NCBI GenBank assembly: GCA_002269645.1
Contig: NIVC01005202.1
Location: forward strand, 1 to 21,686
Source: Macrostomum lignano
Taxonomy: Eukaryota
Direction of reading: 5' to 3'
DNA length: 21,686 nucleotides
Shown here: positions 1 to 13,400 of the stretch, in pieces
How the letters are laid out: the number at the start of each line of letters is the position of its first letter
Numbering within the stretch: position 1 is the first letter of the stretch
The notes under the pieces: generated by a model
Database searches by the model: none
The model's input: only the letters and a program-made list of their open reading frames with translations
What the model was told of the DNA's origin: nothing
Program-made: the position numbers and the translations under genes

Positions 1-1420
1 GTTAAGAATCGCCCCCAAACCTCAGCAAGAATCGCCCCCAAACCTCAGTAAGAATCGCCCCAAACCTCAGTAAGAATCGCCCCAAACCTCAGTAAGAATC
101 GCCCCCAAACCTCAGTAAGAATCGCCCCCAAACCTCAGTAAGAATCGCCCCCAAACCTCAGTAAGAATCGCCCAAACCTCAGTAAGAATCGCCCAAACCT
201 CAGTAAGAATCGCCCCAAACCTCAGTAAGAATCGCCCCCAAACCTCAGTAAGAATCGCCCCAAACCTCAGTAAGAATCGCCCCAAACCTCAGTAAGAATC
301 GCCCCAAACCTCAGTAAGAATCGCCCCCAAACCTCAGTAAGAATCGCCCCCAAACCTCAGTAAGAATCGCCCCCAAACCTCAGTAAGAATCGCCCATAAC
401 CTCAGTAAGAATCGCCCCTAACCTCAGTAAGAATCGGCCCCCAAACCTCAGTAAGAATCGCCCAAACCTCAGTAAGAATCGCCCCAAACCTCAGTAAGAA
501 TCGCCCCCAAACCTCAGTAAGAATCGCCCCAAACCTCAGTAAGAATCGCCCCCAAACCTCAGTAAGAATCGCCCCAAACCTCAGTAAGAATCGCCCAAAC
601 CTCAGTAAGAATCGCCCCAAACCTCAGTAAGAATCGCCCCCAAACCTCAGTAAGAATCGCCCCAAACCTCAGTAAGAATCGCCCCCAAACCTCAGTAAGA
701 ATCGCCCCAAACCTCAGTAAGAATCGCCCCAAACCTCAGTAAGAATCGCCCCCAAACCTCAGTAAGAATCGCCCCCAAACCTCAGTAAGAATCGCCCCAA
801 ACCTCAGTAAGAATCGCCCCCAAACCTCAGTAAGAATCGCCCCCAAACCTCAGTAAGAATCGCCCCCAAACCTCAGTAAGAATCGCCCCAAACCTCAGTA
901 AGAATCGCCCCCAAACCTCAGTAAGAATCGCCCCTAACCTCAGTAAGAATCGCCCCCAAACCTCAGTAAGAATCGCCCAAACCTCAGTAAGAATCGCCCC
1001 CAAACCTCAGTAAGAATCGCCCCAAACCTCAGTAAGAATCGCCCCCAAACCTCAGTAAGAATCGCCCCCAAACCTCAGTAAGAATCGCCCCAAACCTCAG
1101 TAAGAATCGCCCCCAAACCTCAGTAAGAATCGCCCCCAAACCTCAGTAAGAATCGCCCCAAACCTCAGTAAGAATCGCCCCCAAACCTCAGTAAGAATCG
1201 CCCCAAACCTCAGTAAGAATCGCCCCAAACCTCAGTAAGAATCGCCCCCAAACCTCAGTAAGAATCGCCCCCAAACCTCAGTAAGAATCGCCCCCAAACC
1301 TCAGTAAGAATCGCCCCAAACCTCAGTAAGAATCGCCCCCAAACCTCAGTAAGAATCGCCCCCAAACCTCAGTAAGAATCGCCCCAAACCTCAGTAAGAA
1401 TCGCCCCAAACCTCATAAGA

Positions 1421-4400
1421 ATCGCCCCAAACCTCAGTAAGAATCGCCCCCAAACCTCAGTAAGAATCGCCCCCAAACCTCAGTAAGAATCGCCCCAAAC
1501 CTCAGTAAGAATCGCCCCCAAACCTCAGTAAGAATCGCCCCCAAACCTCAGTAAGAATCGCCCCCAAACCTCAGTAAGAATCGCCCCCAAACCTCAGTAA
1601 GAATCGCCCCAAACCTCAGTAAGAATCGCCCCCAAACCTCAGTAAGAATCGCCCCCAAACCTCAGTAAGAATCGCCCCAAACCTCAGTAAGAATCGCCCC
1701 AAACCTCAGTAAGAATCGCCCCCAAACCTCAGTAAGAATCGCCCCAAACCTCAGTAAGAATCGCCCCCAAACCTCAGTAAGAATCGCCCCAAACCTCAGT
1801 AAGAATCGCCCCAAACCTCAGTAAGAATCGCCCCCAAACCTCAGTAAGAATCGCCCCCAAACCTCAGTAAGAATCGCCCCCAAACCTCAGTAAGAATCGC
1901 CCCAAACCTCAGTAAGAATCGCCCCCAAACCTCAGTAAGAATCGCCCCCAAACCTCAGTAAGAATCGCCCCCAAACCTCAGTAAGAATCGCCCCCAAACC
2001 TCAGTAAGAATCGCCCCAAACCTCAGTAAGAATCGCCCCCAAACCTCAGTAAGAATCGCCCCAAACCTCAGTAAGAATCGCCCCAAACCTCAGTAAGAAT
2101 CGCCCCCAAACCTCAGTAAGAATCGCCCCCAAACCTCAGTAAGAATCGCCCCCAAACCTCAGTAAGAATCGCCCCCAAACCTCAGTAAGAATCGCCCCCA
2201 AACCTCAGTAAGAATCGCCCCAAACCTCAGTAAGAATCGCCCCAAACCTCAGTAAGAATCGCCCCCAAACCTCAGTAAGAATCGCCCCCAAACCTCAGTA
2301 AGAATCGCCCCCAAACCTCAGTAAGAATCGCCCCAAACCTCAGTAAGAATCGCCCCCAAACCTCAGTAAGAATCGCCCCCAAACCTCAGTAAGAATCGCC
2401 CCAAACCTCAGTAAGAATCGCCCCCAAACCTCAGTAAGAATCGCCCCAAACCTCAGTAAGAATCGCCCCAAACCTCAGTAAGAATCGCCCCAAACCTCAG
2501 TAAGAATCGCCCCCAAACCTCAGTAAGAATCGCCCCCAAACCTCAGTAAGAATCGCCCCAAACCTCAGTAAGAATCGCCCCCAAACCTCAGTAAGAATCG
2601 CCCCAAACCTCAGTAAGAATCGCCCCAAACCTCAGTAAGAATCGCCCCCAAACCTCAGTAAGAATCGCCCCCAAACCTCAGTAAGAATCGCCCCAAACCT
2701 CAGTAAGAATCGCCCCAAACCTCAGTAAGAATCGCCCCCAAACCTCAGTAAGAATCGCCCCCAAACCTCAGTAAGAATCGCCCCCAAACCTCAGTAAGAA
2801 TCGCCCCCAAACCTCAGTAAGAATCGCCCCAAACCTCAGTAAGAATCGCCCCAAACCTCAGTAAGAATCGCCCCCAAACCTCAGTAAGAATCGCCCCAAA
2901 CCTCAGTAAGAATCGCCCCCAAACCTCAGTAAGAATCGCCCCCAAACCTCAGTAAGAATCGCCCCAAACCTCAGTAAGAATCGCCCCCAAACCTCAGTAA
3001 GAATCGCCCCCAAACCTCAGTAAGAATCGCCCCCAAACCTCAGTAAGAATCGCCCCAAACCTCAGTAAGAATCGCCCCCAAACCTCAGTAAGAATCGCCC
3101 CAAACCTCAGTAAGAATCGCCCCCAAACCTCAGTAAGAATCGCCCCCAAACCTCAGTAAGAATCGCCCCCAAACCTCAGTAAGAATCGCCCCCAAACCTC
3201 AGTAAGAATCGCCCCAAACCTCAGTAAGAATCGCCCCCAAACCTCAGTAAGAATCGCCCCCAAACCTCAGTAAGAATCGCCCCCAAACCTCAGTAAGAAT
3301 CGCCCCCAAACCTCAGTAAGAATCGCCCCAAACCTCAGTAAGAATCGCCCCCAAACCTCAGTAAGAATCGCCCCCAAACCTCAGTAAGAATCGCCCCCAA
3401 ACCTCAGTAAGAATCGCCCCAAACCTCAGTAAGAATCGCCCCAAACCTCAGTAAGAATCGCCCCCAAACCTCAGTAAGAATCGCCCCCAAACCTCAGTAA
3501 GAATCGCCCCCAAACCTCAGTAAGAATCGCCCCAAACCTCAGTAAGAATCGCCCCCAAACCTCAGTAAGAATCGCCCCCAAACCTCAGTAAGAATCGCCC
3601 CCAAACCTCAGTAAGAATCGCCCCCAAACCTCAGTAAGAATCGCCCCAAACCTCAGTAAGAATCGCCCCCAAACCTCAGTAAGAATCGCCCCAAACCTCA
3701 GTAAGAATCGCCCCAAACCTCAGTAAGAATCGCCCCCAAACCTCAGTAAGAATCGCCCCAAACCTCAGTAAGAATCGCCCCAAACCTCAGTAAGAATCGC
3801 CCCCAAACCTCAGTAAGAATCGCCCCAAACCTCAGTAAGAATCGCCCCCAAACCTCAGTAAGAATCGCCCCAAACCTCAGTAAGAATCGCCCCCAAACCT
3901 CAGTAAGAATCGCCCCCAAACCTCAGTAAGAATCGCCCCAAACCTCAGTAAGAATCGCCCCAAACCTCAGTAAGAATCGCCCCCAAACCTCAGTAAGAAT
4001 CGCCCCAAACCTCAGTAAGAATCGCCCCAAACCTCAGTAAGAATCGCCCCCAAACCTCAGTAAGAATCGCCCCCAAACCTCAGTAAGAATCGCCCCAAAC
4101 CTCAGTAAGAATCGCCCCAAACCTCAGTAAGAATCGCCCCAAACCTCAGTAAGAATCGCCCCCAAACCTCAGTAAGAATCGCCCCCAAACCTCAGTAAGA
4201 ATCGCCCCCAAACCTCAGTAAGAATCGCCCCAAACCTCAGTAAGAATCGCCCCAAACCTCAGTAAGAATCGCCCCCAAACCTCAGTAAGAATCGCCCCAA
4301 ACCTCAGTAAGAATCGCCCCCAAACCTCAGTAAGAATCGCCCCAAACCTCAGTAAGAATCGCCCCAAACCTCAGTAAGAATCGCCCCAAACCTCAGTAAG

Positions 4401-7400
4401 AATCGCCCCCAAACCTCAGTAAGAATCGCCCCCAAACCTCAGTAAGAATCGCCCCCAAACCTCAGTAAGAATCGCCCCAAACCTCAGTAAGAATCGCCCC
4501 AAACCTCAGTAAGAATCGCCCCCAAACCTCAGTAAGAATCGCCCCCAAACCTCAGTAAGAATCGCCCCCAAACCTCAGTAAGAATCGCCCCCAAACCTCA
4601 GTAAGAATCGCCCCCAAACCTCAGTAAGAATCGCCCCCAAACCTCAGTAAGAATCGCCCCCAAACCTCAGTAAGAATCGCCCCCAAACCTCAGTAAGAAT
4701 CGCCCCAAACCTCAGTAAGAATCGCCCCCAAACCTCAGTAAGAATCGCCCCCAAACCTCAGTAAGAATCGCCCCCAAACCTCAGTAAGAATCGCCCCAAA
4801 CCTCAGTAAGAATCGCCCCAAACCTCAGTAAGAATCGCCCCCAAACCTCAGTAAGAATCGCCCCCAAACCTCAGTAAGAATCGCCCCAAACCTCAGTAAG
4901 AATCGCCCCCAAACCTCAGTAAGAATCGCCCCCAAACCTCAGTAAGAATCGCCCCAAACCTCAGTAAGAATCGCCCCCAAACCTCAGTAAGAATCGCCCC
5001 AAACCTCAGTAAGAATCGCCCCCAAACCTCAGTAAGAATCGCCCCCAAACCTCAGTAAGAATCGCCCCCAAACCTCAGTAAGAATCGCCCCAAACCTCAG
5101 TAAGAATCGCCCCCAAACCTCAGTAAGAATCGCCCCAAACCTCAGTAAGAATCGCCCCCAAACCTCAGTAAGAATCGCCCCAAACCTCAGTAAGAATCGC
5201 CCCAAACCTCAGTAAGAATCGCCCCCAAACCTCAGTAAGAATCGCCCCAAACCTCAGTAAGAATCGCCCCCAAACCTCAGTAAGAATCGCCCCAAACCTC
5301 AGTAAGAATCGCCCCAAACCTCAGTAAGAATCGCCCCCAAACCTCAGTAAGAATCGCCCCAAACCTCAGTAAGAATCGCCCCCAAACCTCAGTAAGAATC
5401 GCCCCCAAACCTCAGTAAGAATCGCCCCCAAACCTCAGTAAGAATCGCCCCAAACCTCAGTAAGAATCGCCCCAAACCTCAGTAAGAATCGCCCCCAAAC
5501 CTCAGTAAGAATCGCCCCAAACCTCAGTAAGAATCGCCCCAAACCTCAGTAAGAATCGCCCCCAAACCTCAGTAAGAATCGCCCCAAACCTCAGTAAGAA
5601 TCGCCCCAAACCTCAGTAAGAATCGCCCCCAAACCTCAGTAAGAATCGCCCCCAAACCTCAGTAAGAATCGCCCCAAACCTCAGTAAGAATCGCCCCCAA
5701 ACCTCAGTAAGAATCGCCCCAAACCTCAGTAAGAATCGCCCCAAACCTCAGTAAGAATCGCCCCCAAACCTCAGTAAGAATCGCCCCCAAACCTCAGTAA
5801 GAATCGCCCCCAAACCTCAGTAAGAATCGCCCCCAAACCTCAGTAAGAATCGCCCCAAACCTCAGTAAGAATCGCCCCCAAACCTCAGTAAGAATCGCCC
5901 CAAACCTCAGTAAGAATCGCCCCAAACCTCAGTAAGAATCGCCCCAAACCTCAGTAAGAATCGCCCCCAAACCTCAGTAAGAATCGCCCCAAACCTCAGT
6001 AAGAATCGCCCCCAAACCTCAGTAAGAATCGCCCCCAAACCTCAGTAAGAATCGCCCCAAACCTCAGTAAGAATCGCCCCAAACCTCAGTAAGAATCGCC
6101 CCCAAACCTCAGTAAGAATCGCCCCCAAACCTCAGTAAGAATCGCCCCCAAACCTCAGTAAGAATCGCCCCAAACCTCAGTAAGAATCGCCCCCAAACCT
6201 CAGTAAGAATCGCCCCAAACCTCAGTAAGAATCGCCCCAAACCTCAGTAAGAATCGCCCCCAAACCTCAGTAAGAATCGCCCCCAAACCTCAGTAAGAAT
6301 CGCCCCAAACCTCAGTAAGAATCGCCCCAAACCTCAGTAAGAATCGCCCCCAAACCTCAGTAAGAATCGCCCCCAAACCTCAGTAAGAATCGCCCCCAAA
6401 CCTCAGTAAGAATCGCCCCCAAACCTCAGTAAGAATCGCCCCAAACCTCAGTAAGAATCGCCCCAAACCTCAGTAAGAATCGCCCCCAAACCTCAGTAAG
6501 AATCGCCCCCAAACCTCAGTAAGAATCGCCCCAAACCTCAGTAAGAATCGCCCCCAAACCTCAGTAAGAATCGCCCCAAACCTCAGTAAGAATCGCCCCC
6601 AAACCTCAGTAAGAATCGCCCCCAAACCTCAGTAAGAATCGCCCCAAACCTCAGTAAGAATCGCCCCCAAACCTCAGTAAGAATCGCCCCCAAACCTCAG
6701 TAAGAATCGCCCCCAAACCTCAGTAAGAATCGCCCCAAACCTCAGTAAGAATCGCCCCAAACCTCAGTAAGAATCGCCCCCAAACCTCAGTAAGAATCGC
6801 CCCCAAACCTCAGTAAGAATCGCCCCCAAACCTCAGTAAGAATCGCCCCAAACCTCAGTAAGAATCGCCCCCAAACCTCAGTAAGAATCGCCCCCAAACC
6901 TCAGTAAGAATCGCCCCCAAACCTCAGTAAGAATCGCCCCCAAACCTCAGTAAGAATCGCCCCAAACCTCAGTAAGAATCGCCCCCAAACCTCAGTAAGA
7001 ATCGCCCCCAAACCTCAGTAAGAATCGCCCCCAAACCTCAGTAAGAATCGCCCCCAAACCTCAGTAAGAATCGCCCCCAAACCTCAGTAAGAATCGCCCC
7101 CAAACCTCAGTAAGAATCGCCCCCAAACCTCAGTAAGAATCGCCCCAAACCTCAGTAAGAATCGCCCCCAAACCTCAGTAAGAATCGCCCCCAAACCTCA
7201 GTAAGAATCGCCCCCAAACCTCAGTAAGAATCGCCCCAAACCTCAGTAAGAATCGCCCCAAACCTCAGTAAGAATCGCCCCCAAACCTCAGTAAGAATCG
7301 CCCCCAAACCTCAGTAAGAATCGCCCCCAAACCTCAGTAAGAATCGCCCCCAAACCTCAGTAAGAATCGCCCCCAAACCTCAGTAAGAATCGCCCCAAAC

Positions 7401-10400
7401 CTCAGTAAGAATCGCCCCAAACCTCAGTAAGAATCGCCCCCAAACCTCAGTAAGAATCGCCCCAAACCTCAGTAAGAATCGCCCCAAACCTCAGTAAGAA
7501 TCGCCCCAAACCTCAGTAAGAATCGCCCCCAAACCTCAGTAAGAATCGCCCCCAAACCTCAGTAAGAATCGCCCCAAACCTCAGTAAGAATCGCCCCAAA
7601 CCTCAGTAAGAATCGCCCCCAAACCTCAGTAAGAATCGCCCCAAACCTCAGTAAGAATCGCCCCAAACCTCAGTAAGAATCGCCCCCAAACCTCAGTAAG
7701 AATCGCCCCAAACCTCAGTAAGAATCGCCCCCAAACCTCAGTAAGAATCGCCCCCAAACCTCAGTAAGAATCGCCCCAAACCTCAGTAAGAATCGCCCCC
7801 AAACCTCAGTAAGAATCGCCCCCAAACCTCAGTAAGAATCGCCCCAAACCTCAGTAAGAATCGCCCCAAACCTCAGTAAGAATCGCCCCCAAACCTCAGT
7901 AAGAATCGCCCCCAAACCTCAGTAAGAATCGCCCCAAACCTCAGTAAGAATCGCCCCAAACCTCAGTAAGAATCGCCCCCAAACCTCAGTAAGAATCGCC
8001 CCCAAACCTCAGTAAGAATCGCCCCCAAACCTCAGTAAGAATCGCCCCAAACCTCAGTAAGAATCGCCCCCAAACCTCAGTAAGAATCGCCCCCAAACCT
8101 CAGTAAGAATCGCCCCCAAACCTCAGTAAGAATCGCCCCCAAACCTCAGTAAGAATCGCCCCAAACCTCAGTAAGAATCGCCCCCAAACCTCAGTAAGAA
8201 TCGCCCCCAAACCTCAGTAAGAATCGCCCCCAAACCTCAGTAAGAATCGCCCCAAACCTCAGTAAGAATCGCCCCCAAACCTCAGTAAGAATCGCCCCCA
8301 AACCTCAGTAAGAATCGCCCCAAACCTCAGTAAGAATCGCCCCAAACCTCAGTAAGAATCGCCCCCAAACCTCAGTAAGAATCGCCCCCAAACCTCAGTA
8401 AGAATCGCCCCAAACCTCAGTAAGAATCGCCCCCAAACCTCAGTAAGAATCGCCCCCAAACCTCAGTAAGAATCGCCCCCAAACCTCAGTAAGAATCGCC
8501 CCCAAACCTCAGTAAGAATCGCCCCAAACCTCAGTAAGAATCGCCCCCAAACCTCAGTAAGAATCGCCCCCAAACCTCAGTAAGAATCGCCCCCAAACCT
8601 CAGTAAGAATCGCCCCAAACCTCAGTAAGAATCGCCCCCAAACCTCAGTAAGAATCGCCCCCAAACCTCAGTAAGAATCGCCCCAAACCTCAGTAAGAAT
8701 CGCCCCCAAACCTCAGTAAGAATCGCCCCCAAACCTCAGTAAGAATCGCCCCAAACCTCAGTAAGAATCGCCCCAAACCTCAGTAAGAATCGCCCCCAAA
8801 CCTCAGTAAGAATCGCCCCCAAACCTCAGTAAGAATCGCCCCCAAACCTCAGTAAGAATCGCCCCCAAACCTCAGTAAGAATCGCCCCCAAACCTCAGTA
8901 AGAATCGCCCCAAACCTCAGTAAGAATCGCCCCCAAACCTCAGTAAGAATCGCCCCAAACCTCAGTAAGAATCGCCCCAAACCTCAGTAAGAATCGCCCC
9001 CAAACCTCAGTAAGAATCGCCCCCAAACCTCAGTAAGAATCGCCCCAAACCTCAGTAAGAATCGCCCCCAAACCTCAGTAAGAATCGCCCCAAACCTCAG
9101 TAAGAATCGCCCCAAACCTCAGTAAGAATCGCCCCCAAACCTCAGTAAGAATCGCCCCCAAACCTCAGTAAGAATCGCCCAAACCTCAGTAAGAATCGCC
9201 CCAAACCTCAGTAAGAATCGCCCCCAAACCTCAGTAAGAATCGCCCCAAACCTCAGTAAGAATCGCCCCCAAACCTCAGTAAGAATCGCCCCAAACCTCA
9301 GTAAGAATCGCCCCAAACCTCAGTAAGAATCGCCCCAAACCTCAGTAAGAATCGCCCCCAAACCTCAGTAAGAATCGCCCCAAACCTCAGTAAGAATCGC
9401 CCCAAACCTCAGTAAGAATCGCCCCCAAACCTCAGTAAGAATCGCCCCCAAACCTCAGTAAGAATCGCCCCCAAACCTCAGTAAGAATCGCCCCAAACCT
9501 CAGTAAGAATCGCCCCCAAACCTCAGTAAGAATCGCCCCCAAACCTCAGTAAGAATCGCCCCAAACCTCAGTAAGAATCGCCCCAAACCTCAGTAAGAAT
9601 CGCCCCAAACCTCAGTAAGAATCGCCCCCAAACCTCAGTAAGAATCGCCCCCAAACCTCAGTAAGAATCGCCCCCAAACCTCAGTAAGAATCGCCCCAAA
9701 CCTCAGTAAGAATCGCCCCCAAACCTCAGTAAGAATCGCCCCCAAACCTCAGTAAGAATCGCCCCAAACCTCAGTAAGAATCGCCCCAAACCTCAGTAAG
9801 AATCGCCCCAAACCTCAGTAAGAATCGCCCCCAAACCTCAGTAAGAATCGCCCCCAAACCTCAGTAAGAATCGCCCCAAACCTCAGTAAGAATCGCCCCA
9901 AACCTCAGTAAGAATCGCCCCAAACCTCAGTAAGAATCGCCCCAAACCTCAGTAAGAATCGCCCCAAACCTCAGTAAGAATCGCCCCCAAACCTCAGTAA
10001 GAATCGCCCCAAACCTCAGTAAGAATCGCCCCAAACCTCAGTAAGAATCGCCCCCAAACCTCAGTAAGAATCGCCCCCAAACCTCAGTAAGAATCGCCCC
10101 AAACCTCAGTAAGAATCGCCCCAAACCTCAGTAAGAATCGCCCCAAACCTCAGTAAGAATCGCCCCCAAACCTCAGTAAGAATCGCCCCAAACCTCAGTA
10201 AGAATCGCCCCCAAACCTCAGTAAGAATCGCCCCCAAACCTCAGTAAGAATCGCCCCCAAACCTCAGTAAGAATCGCCCCCAAACCTCAGTAAGAATCGC
10301 CCCAAACCTCAGTAAGAATCGCCCCCAAACCTCAGTAAGAATCGCCCCCAAACCTCAGTAAGAATCGCCCCCAAACCTCAGTAAGAATCGCCCCAAACCT

Positions 10401-13400
10401 CAGTAAGAATCGCCCCAAACCTCAGTAAGAATCGCCCCCAAACCTCAGTAAGAATCGCCCCCAAACCTCAGTAAGAATCGCCCCAAACCTCAGTAAGAAT
10501 CGCCCCAAACCTCAGTAAGAATCGCCCCCAAACCTCAGTAAGAATCGCCCCCAAACCTCAGTAAGAATCGCCCCCAAACCTCAGTAAGAATCGCCCCAAA
10601 CCTCAGTAAGAATCGCCCCCAAACCTCAGTAAGAATCGCCCCCAAACCTCAGTAAGAATCGCCCCCAAACCTCAGTAAGAATCGCCCCAAACCTCAGTAA
10701 GAATCGCCCCCAAACCTCAGTAAGAATCGCCCCCAAACCTCAGTAAGAATCGCCCCAAACCTCAGTAAGAATCGCCCCAAACCTCAGTAAGAATCGCCCC
10801 CAAACCTCAGTAAGAATCGCCCCCAAACCTCAGTAAGAATCGCCCCAAACCTCAGTAAGAATCGCCCCAAACCTCAGTAAGAATCGCCCCCAAACCTCAG
10901 TAAGAATCGCCCCCAAACCTCAGTAAGAATCGCCCCAAACCTCAGTAAGAATCGCCCCAAACCTCAGTAAGAATCGCCCCCAAACCTCAGTAAGAATCGC
11001 CCCCAAACCTCAGTAAGAATCGCCCCAAACCTCAGTAAGAATCGCCCCAAACCTCAGTAAGAATCGCCCCAAACCTCAGTAAGAATCGCCCCCAAACCTC
11101 AGTAAGAATCGCCCCAAACCTCAGTAAGAATCGCCCCAAACCTCAGTAAGAATCGCCCCCAAACCTCAGTAAGAATCGCCCCAAACCTCAGTAAGAATCG
11201 CCCCAAACCTCAGTAAGAATCGCCCCCAAACCTCAGTAAGAATCGCCCCAAACCTCAGTAAGAATCGCCCCAAACCTCAGTAAGAATCGCCCCCAAACCT
11301 CAGTAAGAATCGCCCCAAACCTCAGTAAGAATCGCCCCCAAACCTCAGTAAGAATCGCCCCAAACCTCAGTAAGAATCGCCCCAAACCTCAGTAAGAATC
11401 GCCCCCAAACCTCAGTAAGAATCGCCCCCAAACCTCAGTAAGAATCGCCCCCAAACCTCAGTAAGAATCGCCCCCAAACCTCAGTAAGAATCGCCCCAAA
11501 CCTCAGTAAGAATCGCCCCCAAACCTCAGTAAGAATCGCCCCAAACCTCAGTAAGAATCGCCCCAAACCTCAGTAAGAATCGCCCCAAACCTCAGTAAGA
11601 ATCGCCCCCAAACCTCAGTAAGAATCGCCCCAAACCTCAGTAAGAATCGCCCCCAAACCTCAGTAAGAATCGCCCCAAACCTCAGTAAGAATCGCCCCCA
11701 AACCTCAGTAAGAATCGCCCCCAAACCTCAGTAAGAATCGCCCCAAACCTCAGTAAGAATCGCCCCCAAACCTCAGTAAGAATCGCCCCCAAACCTCAGT
11801 AAGAATCGCCCCAAACCTCAGTAAGAATCGCCCCAAACCTCAGTAAGAATCGCCCCCAAACCTCAGTAAGAATCGCCCCCAAACCTCAGTAAGAATCGCC
11901 CCAAACCTCAGTAAGAATCGCCCCCAAACCTCAGTAAGAATCGCCCCCAAACCTCAGTAAGAATCGCCCCAAACCTCAGTAAGAATCGCCCAAACCTCAG
12001 TAAGAATCGCCCCCAAACCTCAGTAAGAATCGCCCCAAACCTCAGTAAGAATCGCCCCAAACCTCAGTAAGAATCGCCCCCAAACCTCAGTAAGAATCGC
12101 CCCCAAACCTCAGTAAGAATCGCCCCAAACCTCAGTAAGAATCGCCCCCAAACCTCAGTAAGAATCGCCCCCAAACCTCAGTAAGAATCGCCCCAAACCT
12201 CAGTAAGAATCGCCCCAAACCTCAGTAAGAATCGCCCCCAAACCTCAGTAAGAATCGCCCCCAAACCTCAGTAAGAATCGCCCCAAACCTCAGTAAGAAT
12301 CGCCCCCAAACCTCAGTAAGAATCGCCCCAAACCTCAGTAAGAATCGCCCCCAAACCTCAGTAAGAATCGCCCCCAAACCTCAGTAAGAATCGCCCCCAA
12401 ACCTCAGTAAGAATCGCCCCAAACCTCAGTAAGAATCGCCCCAAACCTCAGTAAGAATCGCCCCCAAACCTCAGTAAGAATCGCCCCCAAACCTCAGTAA
12501 GAATCGCCCCCAAACCTCAGTAAGAATCGCCCCAAACCTCAGTAAGAATCGCCCCAAACCTCAGTAAGAATCGCCCCAAACCTCAGTAAGAATCGCCCCA
12601 AACCTCAGTAAGAATCGCCCCAAACCTCAGTAAGAATCGCCCCAAACCTCAGTAAGAATCGCCCCCAAACCTCAGTAAGAATCGCCCCCAAACCTCAGTA
12701 AGAATCGCCCCCAAACCTCAGTAAGAATCGCCCCAAACCTCAGTAAGAATCGCCCCCAAACCTCAGTAAGAATCGCCCCAAACCTCAGTAAGAATCGCCC
12801 CCAAACCTCAGTAAGAATCGCCCCCAAACCTCAGTAAGAATCGCCCCAAACCTCAGTAAGAATCGCCCCAAACCTCAGTAAGAATCGCCCCAAACCTCAG
12901 TAAGAATCGCCCCAAACCTCAGTAAGAATCGCCCCAAACCTCAGTAAGAATCGCCCCAAACCTCAGTAAGAATCGCCCCCAAACCTCAGTAAGAATCGCC
13001 CCAAACCTCAGTAAGAATCGCCCCCAAACCTCAGTAAGAATCGCCCCAAACCTCAGTAAGAATCGCCCCCAAACCTCAGTAAGAATCGCCCCAAACCTCA
13101 GTAAGAATCGCCCCAAACCTCAGTAAGAATCGCCCCCAAACCTCAGTAAGAATCGCCCCCAAACCTCAGTAAGAATCGCCCCCAAACCTCAGTAAGAATC
13201 GCCCCAAACCTCAGTAAGAATCGCCCCAAACCTCAGTAAGAATCGCCCCAAACCTCAGTAAGAATCGCCCCAAACCTCAGTAAGAATCGCCCCCAAACCT
13301 CAGTAAGAATCGCCCCAAACCTCAGTAAGAATCGCCCCCAAACCTCAGTAAGAATCGCCCCCAAACCTCAGTAAGAATCGCCCCAAACCTCAGTAAGAAT

